Positions 8,143 through 14,854 of a stretch of 28,256 bases of DNA are shown piece by piece. Source of the DNA: a virus (taxonomy: Duplodnaviria; Caudoviricetes); IMG/VR virus record IMGVR_UViG_3300030049_000055, positions 1 to 28,256 of that record; one strand, written 5' to 3'. The position numbers were made by a program, and so were the translations under genes. The notes below the pieces were generated by a model. That model ran no database searches. It saw nothing but the letters and a program-made list of their open reading frames with translations, and had not been told where the DNA came from. Every line of letters begins with the position of its first letter. The first letter of the stretch is position 1.

Positions 8143-9099
8143 TTAGATGCCGGCGAAGGAACGGGGAAGGGCGTTGTTAAAGCCCACGATGATGCGGTTG
8201 TAAGCCGTCGTCGAATCATTGCCGTTGATTGACGCTAGAGGACTGGTTGCCCCTGGAACGTAGTTTTTCAAGGCGATGATGCGGAACGGTAGGAACGCAT
8301 TTCCCGCAGGACCGACGCCAGAGTTTCCGATCAGGGAATACTGGTCAGCCAGGAATGTTGAGAGGCCGTTGGCCGTGTTGCCGTTCGTCGTCGTGACGCC
8401 CGACTGATTGTAGTGGAAGCCGATGTTCTGCCCGACGTTCGATAGGCCGAAGGCCGTAGCCGTCGTGTTGCTGTTTCCGGTCATAACCTCGAACTGCGCG
8501 TTCGGATCGGTGATGACATAAGCCGTCACGTCGCCGTTGGCGTCAGAGCCGGGCCAGTAGTTGCGGAAGGACGTATATTTGTTCGCCGTCGAGAGGTATT
8601 TGCAGCCGACGAAGATACCCGTGATCGGGGTAATGATCGTAACCGTACCGGACGCGGACGAAGTTCCGTTGATCGTCGCGGCGGCGTTGGCGCAAACCGC
8701 AGTCGTGGAGGACGACGACGTGACGGTATATGTGCCGTTGAGGTTGCCAGAGGTCATGGTCGAACCCGTGATAATCAGGGTTGAACCAACCGGGGGAGCC
8801 CAAGTCGTCGGAACCACGCCGCCCGTCGCCGTGGTCGCCGTGTAGGTGACGGTCAGAGCGCCCGTGGTGGCGTTCGTGGTGATCGCCGTGGCGGCAACCG
8901 TCAGCGTGACGGGACCGTACCCCTGGACGAGATAGCCGGTTCCGAGGCCGGTAGCGCCAACCGCCTGAGTGACGGGATCGCCGAAAAAGATGGGCTGGGT
9001 ATTGCCGCTCGCGATAGCAAGCTGGGTCTGTTCGTAGGACGGCGTAGTGCCGGTCCCCTGGTACTGCCAAAATCCAGTCGGCGCAAACGTGTTCGCCAT
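8143..9099 (-). CDS. Capsid decoration / cement-like protein with inserted Thr-rich domain
   Basis: 'MANTFAPTGF...IFFGDPV...GIFVGCKY...AYVITDPNAQFEV' is typical of the gene immediately upstream of this capsid family. About 95 aa of Thr-rich sequence is inserted between GYGP and PITG. Confidence 0.65.
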   Translation of the reverse strand: MANTFAPTGFWQYQGTGTTPSYEQTQLAIASGNTQPIFFGDPVTQAVGATGLGTGYLVQGYGPVTLTVAATAITTNATTGALTVTYTATTATGGVVPTTWAPPVGSTLIITGSTMTSGNLNGTYTVTSSSSTTAVCANAAATINGTSSASGTVTIITPITGIFVGCKYLSTANKYTSFRNYWPGSDANGDVTAYVITDPNAQFEVMTGNSNTTATAFGLSNVGQNIGFHYNQSGVTTTNGNTANGLSTFLADQYSLIGNSGVGPAGNAFLPFRIIALKNYVPGATSPLASINGNDSTTAYNRIIVGFNNALPRSFAGI

Positions 9100-9215
9100 G
9101 ACGGAACTCCCTGTGAGGGAGGCTCATCATCGCGCGCCGGGCCGACTAGAACCGTGGGAAGGTTTGAAGCCGCCACCGGGGAGGCTTTAACGTGCGTTAG
9201 ACGCAAAATTAGGTA
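9100..9215 (-). promoter_or_regulatory. Structured 5' leader of the decoration/capsid transcript (five predicted hairpins)
   Basis: On the mRNA: UGCGU-CUA-ACGCA; AAGCC.C[CCCGGUG]G.GGCUU; AACC-UUCCCAC-GGUU; UCG-G[CCCGGCG]C.CGA; and CUCCCU-CAC-AGGGAG, which sequesters the SD. Confidence 0.55.
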
Positions 9216-9221
9216 GTTACG

Positions 9222-9250
9222 CGGTTACACTGTTTTCTGAGGGTTGTCAA
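9222..9250 (-). promoter_or_regulatory. Promoter upstream of the decoration/capsid genes
   Basis: Perfect -35 TTGACA (9250-9245), 17-nt spacer, TAACCG (9227-9222). The -10 lacks the -7 T, as is common in Alphaproteobacteria. Confidence 0.55.
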
Positions 9251-9253
9251 ACG

Positions 9254-9766
9254 CTAGTCCGGCACCTTCATCGCGAGCGAGAAATCGCTCTTGATCTTCG
9301 CCATCGGCGTTCCCTTGTTGTGGCCCTCAAAAGCCCCAACGGGAGCGCCCTCAAGCTGTTCTTTCTTGGATCGCATCTGCGTCCGAGCCGCCTGCAAATC
9401 CTGCTTTTTGGCGAAATCGGTAACTTCCGCAGGACGCTCCATAAGCTGCAGGCCCTTACGGACGATGTTTTTGTCCGTCGAGCCAACAGGCATCATTTCG
9501 GGATGACGCGAAGTCGGCACCGGATCCCAACCAAAGCGCGAAAGCTCAATCTGGCGAGCCGCGTTCGTCATACCCATGACGGTTAGCTCTTTCCATTCGT
9601 AGGACCATCCGTCAGGCACGATGGATTGATCGAAGTCGAAATCGCCGGCCTGTTCTCCGAAGTTTCCGACGTGTTCTAGGATTTGCCGCGTTCGTTCTGC
9701 CGCGTCTCGGCGGGGATCGGTTGATCGCATGTCGGGGCGCTGAGCGGGTTTGACTTTCTCGTCCAT
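9254..9766 (-). CDS. Conserved head-module protein of unknown function
   Basis: Start re-assigned to the ATG at 9764-9766 (SD GGAGGGG). Motif 'VPDGWSYEWK...GWDPVP..RHPEMMP...RKGLQLMERP' is characteristic of the gene between scaffold and capsid in this phage type. Confidence 0.7.
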   Translation of the reverse strand: MDEKVKPAQRPDMRSTDPRRDAAERTRQILEHVGNFGEQAGDFDFDQSIVPDGWSYEWKELTVMGMTNAARQIELSRFGWDPVPTSRHPEMMPVGSTDKNIVRKGLQLMERPAEVTDFAKKQDLQAARTQMRSKKEQLEGAPVGAFEGHNKGTPMAKIKSDFSLAMKVPD

Positions 9767-9768
9767 AA

Positions 9769-10020
9769 TCAACCCCTCCAAGTAACGGCTTTGACAGCCC
9801 ACATTTGCGCAGTCTGAGCTTCGGTGATGGCGATTGAGCAAAGACGCACCATTTCGGGATTGTCTCCCCGCTTGATGTAACCTTTGCGGAAATCGTCCAT
9901 GTGGTCGATTATGTCGGCATAGAGGCGCTTGAGTTTGTCAACATCGCCATTGCTCGACGGATTGAAACTTAGACCAACGGCGCGCTCGCCGTAGGTTTGC
10001 GGTCTATCTACGCCTTCCAT
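9769..10020 (-). CDS. Acb2/Tad1-like helical-hairpin protein (putative nucleotide-signal sponge, anti-defence)
   Basis: 83 aa, two-helix hairpin. The C-terminal helix RLCSIAITEAQTAQMWAVKAVT matches the Acb2/Tad1 pattern R..(S/A)(I/L)(A/G).T.(I/L)(Q/E)...M....A. N-terminus is GERAVGLSFNPS. Confidence 0.6.
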   Translation of the reverse strand: MEGVDRPQTYGERAVGLSFNPSSNGDVDKLKRLYADIIDHMDDFRKGYIKRGDNPEMVRLCSIAITEAQTAQMWAVKAVTWRG

Positions 10021-10241
10021 TATTTTGCCTCATCAAAGTTGAAATCCAGCCAAATGTTTTTGGCTTTCATAATGACCCACGCCTCTTGAGCAACGGTAGG
10101 ATGTGTCTGCGTTTCTGCGTATGTATCCAAATACAATCGCACAAACTCCCTAAGAGCGTCCGACGCTGCATTAGGATTTATTTTCCAACCTGCTTTTATC
10201 ATCGCGTTTTCAGCCAACTCGCCGTAATCGGTTTCCATCAA
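10020..10241 (-). CDS. Hypothetical protein
   Basis: 73 aa, coupled to both neighbours by overlapping stop/start codons. Confidence 0.6.
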   Translation of the reverse strand: MMETDYGELAENAMIKAGWKINPNAASDALREFVRLYLDTYAETQTHPTVAQEAWVIMKAKNIWLDFNFDEAK

Positions 10242-11083
10242 TTATACCTCGTATCCTTGGAAATCTTCTGCTTCTGTTCGTAGTATTCTTGATCCGTCAT
10301 CTTATTAAGCCGGGCCATCTCGCGCTCATCGGCAGTCAACCGAATAACTCGCGGACTTGACCCATTCGACGACGGCGATGATCGGCTTACCGGAGCCGCA
10401 GCCGGCGAAGATCTCCTCGAAACAGCTTTTGCCGCCAGTTCCGTGCCGTCTTCGTTATCTTCAGCCTGTTCGACCTTGCCGTAGCCTAGTCTGCGCTCCA
10501 CCGCCTTGAAATAATCCTCGGATTCTGCCGTCAATCCGTCGTCAAGCGCGTCCTCGTGCGCGCGAATCATCTTTCGAAACATTTTTGGATCGGTTGCACA
10601 CTCAGGATGCGCCCGAACCCATGCAGCGGATCGCGGTTGAAGCCTCGCGCACAAGTCTTCGACCGGATCAATGGCGGGAGGCGGGGTTTTTGGCCGTTCG
10701 GCCATTGCCTGTTTGCCGTTTTCAAGCTGCAAAAGCTTGGCGGCGTTCGTAGACATTTCCAACTGAATGTCTGCGGCCTTGTTATAGTCTCCCGCCGCCA
10801 TTGCGGCGGCGTAAGCCGACTTCAATTGCAGAGAATTGCCCTTGACCGTCTCGATAGCGTTCGTGACGAGTTGCAAATTCGTATCGGCGACTTCGTTTTT
10901 GGCGGTATGAGCCTGTGCGGCGGCCTCGCGAGCCGTTCTTTCGGCTGTTGCGCGAGCTACCTTCTCCGCTTCAAGCTGCTTTTTGAGTTCGTCGATACCT
11001 TCTTCGGTCGATACCGCGCGTTTGGGCGCTTCTTCGACGATGATTTCAGGCTCTTTTGCGTCAACTTCTTTGATTTCGGCCAT
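10238..11083 (-). CDS. Capsid scaffolding protein
   Basis: Long coiled-coil followed by 'SAAWVRAHP', 'SEDYFKAVERRLG' and a C-terminal 'IRLTADEREMARLNKMTDQEY' capsid-binding-like helix. Start likely MAEIK (ATG 11081-11083). Confidence 0.75.
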   Translation of the reverse strand: MAEIKEVDAKEPEIIVEEAPKRAVSTEEGIDELKKQLEAEKVARATAERTAREAAAQAHTAKNEVADTNLQLVTNAIETVKGNSLQLKSAYAAAMAAGDYNKAADIQLEMSTNAAKLLQLENGKQAMAERPKTPPPAIDPVEDLCARLQPRSAAWVRAHPECATDPKMFRKMIRAHEDALDDGLTAESEDYFKAVERRLGYGKVEQAEDNEDGTELAAKAVSRRSSPAAAPVSRSSPSSNGSSPRVIRLTADEREMARLNKMTDQEYYEQKQKISKDTRYN

Positions 11084-11091
11084 GATCTTGC

Positions 11092-11496
11092 TCACCAAAC
11101 CATATCGGGATGCTGAATGCGAGCGCGAACAACGGTATCATCAAGCAATCGGCACAAAACCTTGTTAACCGACAAACTCCAACCGTCAGAAGCGCGATAA
11201 ACTACCCAATCGCCGAGATTAAACTTGATCCCCTTGAACCAAACGCCACTTGCGTCGTGAAATGCGCTTTCGCCCATTTTGACGATGACGCCGACTTTCG
11301 ACTGGAAGCGATCTTCTTCCAAGTGCTGATCTGGCAGGAAAATCCCGCCTGTGGTTTTCTTAGGACCGTTTGCGCCGCGCTGATAGACGGCGACGAGAAT
11401 TTGATTGTTGAAAATGTCAACATCGTCCAAATTGCCGAGAGATTTGATAAGCGCCTCTCTTGGATCGATTTCATGCTGCATAACCATCGCGGGCAT
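11092..11496 (-). CDS. groES: GroES/Cpn10-like co-chaperonin
   Basis: 'NQILVAV...KKTTGGIFLPD...GVIVKMG..AF...GDWVVY...RLLDDTVV' follows the Cpn10 pattern, including the mobile loop TxGGI.LP. Confidence 0.8.
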   Translation of the reverse strand: MPAMVMQHEIDPREALIKSLGNLDDVDIFNNQILVAVYQRGANGPKKTTGGIFLPDQHLEEDRFQSKVGVIVKMGESAFHDASGVWFKGIKFNLGDWVVYRASDGWSLSVNKVLCRLLDDTVVRARIQHPDMVW

Positions 11497-11507
11497 AATC
11501 TAGCCTC

Positions 11508-11711
11508 TCAGTTTTCGTTAACCTTCTTCACAGCATCGTCGCAAAGCTCAAGCGCAAGCCTAAGCCCTTCAATCTTCCCAACCAAAAAACTGTAAGTTGA
11601 ATGATCGGGAACAGCCCCGCGATTAGCGAGGGCGCTTTTCAAGTCATCAATGCTTTGCTCAATCATTGATGCGTGTTCTTTGATGACGGCGGCGGAATAG
11701 GATAGGGACAT
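11508..11711 (-). CDS. Conserved small helical protein upstream of groES
   Basis: 'YSFLVGKIEGLRLALE' motif; TAATG overlap with the upstream gene. Confidence 0.65.
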   Translation of the reverse strand: MSLSYSAAVIKEHASMIEQSIDDLKSALANRGAVPDHSTYSFLVGKIEGLRLALELCDDAVKKVNEN

Positions 11712-11947
11712 TAGTTGCGACATCCTATCGATGATCTTTTAGACGCCAATTTCAAGCTGGTCGGTCCCTTTGGGCCAAATTCCCGCCGCGTTCCACGCGA
11801 ACCTTCGCGCAGATAACTTTCGAAAAACACAGCTAAACACCATAAATCACTAGAAGCGTTTTCGTGATTTACAGCCCCAGATTTGAAGGCTTCGGCAGCC
11901 AATGAAAGTGCATCTTTCCTGACCTGATAATCTCCATCGCGCTTCAT
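11711..11947 (-). CDS. Hypothetical protein
   Basis: 78 aa filling the gap exactly between neighbours. Confidence 0.55.
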   Translation of the reverse strand: MKRDGDYQVRKDALSLAAEAFKSGAVNHENASSDLWCLAVFFESYLREGSRGTRREFGPKGPTSLKLASKRSSIGCRN

Positions 11948-11949
11948 GG

Positions 11950-12864
11950 TTACCGCCCCGCTCCCGGAGGCATTTGCGGCGGCATAGGAGGAGGCCCGCC
12001 AGCGCCCGCAGGACCGCCGCCCATGCCGGGAGGTTGCATAGCGCCCATAGCGCCCGGCGGGATAGGAGGACGGCCCGGAGGCGGCATGGGCGGGCCCATT
12101 GGCGGACCCATAGGCGGCTTGTCCTCTTTCGGTCCGCCGATAATGATATTGATGTTCGTCTTGCCCTTGCCGGCACGCCCTCCTTCCGCGCGAGCTTTGC
12201 GATCCTGTTCGTCGATACGATATTCCGCTTTCGATTCGCCGTTATGTCGCTGAGCCTTGCCGCCATCGGCGCGAGCTTTGCGATCCGATGGTGGCAAGGA
12301 TTCGCTAGGCGTTTGTTCTGGTCTAGGGCTAATCTGCCATAATTTATTTCTGTCGCCCTCTCTCATCGCGAAACGATGAGCCTCTTCATATGAAGGGAAG
12401 CTCCGAGTAGTATCCCCTGGTCGCGTAGCGTGGAAATTGGCCGCCCCGCCATCCGCGCGCGCCTTTCGGTCGCCAGTGATGCGAACTCCCGTAACCTCAT
12501 TGGCGATACCTCCCTTCTTCAACCCGCCAGCCCCGGCCATCAAGCCCGCGTGCGTAGGCTGGAACCCCGATCCATACAGTCCGCCAGTCGGGACATTCGG
12601 AGCAAGCTGTTGCGCCGCCGTAGGTCCGCCCGTGCCGCGAGACTTCCGCCCCGCATGATGATGCGCCTTGTGGCCTTCGACCTTTCCGCCCTTGGCGAAC
12701 GCGCGAGGCTTAGGCTGGCATGGCCCGGTTTTTTCCTCCGTATGAAGTTCGCCAGGAACCTCATAACCGGAGGCGTCAACCTTGCCGCCTTTGGTTGAGT
12801 TGAGGACGTGTTCGACGCGCTCTTTGCGATGCGAACTGTTGTACTTATCGGCGTGTTCAGACAT
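11950..12864 (-). CDS. Disordered basic protein with seven basic-x-x-GG motifs and Pro/Met-rich tail (putative internal head protein / polyprotein)
   Basis: Motifs STKGG, FAKGG, RGTGG, LKKGG, RKARADGG x2 and RKARAEGG, then GKTNINIII and a PPMG-rich tail. Confidence 0.7.
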   Translation of the reverse strand: MSEHADKYNSSHRKERVEHVLNSTKGGKVDASGYEVPGELHTEEKTGPCQPKPRAFAKGGKVEGHKAHHHAGRKSRGTGGPTAAQQLAPNVPTGGLYGSGFQPTHAGLMAGAGGLKKGGIANEVTGVRITGDRKARADGGAANFHATRPGDTTRSFPSYEEAHRFAMREGDRNKLWQISPRPEQTPSESLPPSDRKARADGGKAQRHNGESKAEYRIDEQDRKARAEGGRAGKGKTNINIIIGGPKEDKPPMGPPMGPPMPPPGRPPIPPGAMGAMQPPGMGGGPAGAGGPPPMPPQMPPGAGR

Positions 12865-12869
12865 GGCTT

Positions 12870-13139
12870 TTATCCCTTAGAAACAGAACCCCAATCGTCC
12901 GACAACACGTCGGTTTGAGACGCCAGCCACGGGACGAACTTTTTGTCAGCCGTGTACATAATGATAAATGGCAAAGTGCTTTCTGGAACAATCGCCGCAA
13001 CATTATGGTCTGCCGACCATCCGGCGCGGACATAAGCTAGCCACATTTCCTTTCCGTTCCAACCAGAACGGGAAACCCGTTCGCCGCGCTTTAAAGCGGC
13101 AAGCGCCCATCCAAAATCTTGCGTATCTCCGTTGTGCAT
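12870..13139 (-). CDS. tad2: Tad2-like (DUF2829) Thoeris anti-defence sponge protein
   Basis: Full DUF2829 signature: FGWALAALKRGERVSRSGWNGKEMWL...MYTADKKFVPWLASQTDVLSDDW. Confidence 0.85.
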   Translation of the reverse strand: MHNGDTQDFGWALAALKRGERVSRSGWNGKEMWLAYVRAGWSADHNVAAIVPESTLPFIIMYTADKKFVPWLASQTDVLSDDWGSVSKG

Positions 13140-13141
13140 GG

Positions 13142-14854
13142 CTAAGCCGCTTTCTTTCGTTTGAGAACCTGACGCGCTAATCTCACGGCGTTTTCAACAT
13201 CGCCGCCATCCGCTTTATGACGACGCGAAACCTTCATCTCGGCATGAAGAAAGCCGCCTCGCTCCCACCCGCCGCCGTCGCCACCCGAACTGCCCGACGA
13301 TCCACCGTCGCCGCCTGTAGACCCACTATCGCCGCCGCTATCCCCGCCGCTGTCACCGCCAGCCGCCGCAGTCCCGCCTTCTCCCGCACCGGACGCAGCG
13401 CCACTAGAACCTCCGTCTCCCGCACCAGATGCTGCGCCACCGCCATCGCCCGCGCTTGCCGAACCCGCCCCCGTTGCGCCATCGCCGCCATTCGATCCGT
13501 CTCCCGCCGCCGCGCCGGTTGCTCCGCTTTCGCCGTCCGATGCCGCCGCAACGCCAGGACTTACACCAGTATCGCCAGCGCTAGCGCCAGCAACGCCGTC
13601 CGATGTTGTAGCCGCCGCATCGGAACCCGCCGTTGTACCGACCGCATTACCAACGCCTACGCCCTCGTCTCCAGACGTTGCCGCGTCCGAGCCAATGCCA
13701 TTAACGCCAAGGCCGGGAGACGTAACGCCGTTGTCGGCGTTCGCTGTAACGCCCATATTCGCTACCGCAGCATCCATAGCTTGCGATTGAGCCATAGCTT
13801 GAGCAAGTGCGGCTGATAGTGATGGAGCAAGCATTCCAGTCGTGACGTGGCCAGCAGCGCCCGTATCTGAACCTATGCCGCCTTGACCGTCAGCAGCAAC
13901 GCCGGGAGCGGCGGGAGCCGCAGGCGCGGCAGGCGCGGCAGGCGCGGCAGGCGCGGCGGGAGCCGCAGGAACGCCTACAGGGCCGAGCGGACTTTCCGTT
14001 ACCGAAGGCGTAGGAGCCAATGAAACTGTCGGAGCGGTAATACTCGATGCATCCGCCGTCGCCATTGCCTGATCGTTGGAATATGTCGGGTCTTGATTTG
14101 TAAGTTTACCCGTAGGAGGTGACACGGTAGGAGCCGTCGCGTTCGGATTGGAAAGCGCATTCATATGCGCCGCAGCCGTAGCCGCATCAGCCGCAGCCGC
14201 AGCATCGGTATAATGCGAAGTAGGAGAAGCCGCATTTGCTCCTGTTATTCCATCAGTCGTTGTCGCCGGAACGCCCGTAACGCTTCCCGATACAACGCCG
14301 GGAGGCGCAACGCTGGTAGTAGGCGCGGTATCCGCAGGCGCAGGACTTGATGGAGCGGTGTTCGCCGTTACAGAGGAAGCGGGAGCGGCGGGAGAGGAAG
14401 TCGCAGGCGCAGATGGCGCGGGCGCAGATGGCGAACTCCCGCCAATCCCCACACCTTCATCCCCAGAAGCCGCAGCGTCCGAGCCAATGCCATTAACGCC
14501 AAGACCGCTAGTTGACGGCGCGTTGCCGCCCGATACTCCAGCAGGCGCGGAGCCGCCTCCAATAGGGTTTTGCACGGCAGCGTTTATTGGCGCGGGAGAA
14601 GATGGAGAAGCGGACGGCGCTTGCGTCGAAGCCGCAGCCGTAGGCAACGTCGGGTTTGGGATAGCGTTGCCATTCGGCGTAAACGGACTTGCGCCCGGCT
14701 TGATCGGGATTGTCGAAGCCGTTGGCACAGTCCATGACGGGATTTGAACCATGCCATAGCCGGGGAGATAGACCGATCCGCCAGGGGCGCGTTTGATCCT
14801 CTTGGCGATCATGATGGCTTGGCGCATGGCCTTGTCAGGATCAGTCGGGAACAT
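13142..14854 (-). CDS. Low-complexity Ala/Pro/Ser/Gly/Thr-rich protein bracketed by basic GG motifs
   Basis: 570 aa, overlapping the portal stop. N-terminus AMRQAIMIAKRIKRAPGG, C-terminus WERGG...HKADGGDVENAVRLAR. Contains internal repeats. Confidence 0.7.
   Translation of the reverse strand: MFPTDPDKAMRQAIMIAKRIKRAPGGSVYLPGYGMVQIPSWTVPTASTIPIKPGASPFTPNGNAIPNPTLPTAAASTQAPSASPSSPAPINAAVQNPIGGGSAPAGVSGGNAPSTSGLGVNGIGSDAAASGDEGVGIGGSSPSAPAPSAPATSSPAAPASSVTANTAPSSPAPADTAPTTSVAPPGVVSGSVTGVPATTTDGITGANAASPTSHYTDAAAAADAATAAAHMNALSNPNATAPTVSPPTGKLTNQDPTYSNDQAMATADASSITAPTVSLAPTPSVTESPLGPVGVPAAPAAPAAPAAPAAPAAPAAPGVAADGQGGIGSDTGAAGHVTTGMLAPSLSAALAQAMAQSQAMDAAVANMGVTANADNGVTSPGLGVNGIGSDAATSGDEGVGVGNAVGTTAGSDAAATTSDGVAGASAGDTGVSPGVAAASDGESGATGAAAGDGSNGGDGATGAGSASAGDGGGAASGAGDGGSSGAASGAGEGGTAAAGGDSGGDSGGDSGSTGGDGGSSGSSGGDGGGWERGGFLHAEMKVSRRHKADGGDVENAVRLARQVLKRKKAA
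13683..14503. repeat. 29-bp exact direct repeat (13683-13711 and 14475-14503) within a duplicated peptide block
   Basis: GCGTCCGAGCCAATGCCATTAACGCCAAG occurs twice and encodes part of GLGVNGIGSDAA(A/T)SGDEGVG(I/V)G. Confidence 0.9.
13904..13969. repeat. 9-bp tandem repeat encoding (PAA)7
   Basis: Perfect GCAGGCGCG x4 at 13920-13955 plus degenerate flanking units. Confidence 0.9.
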
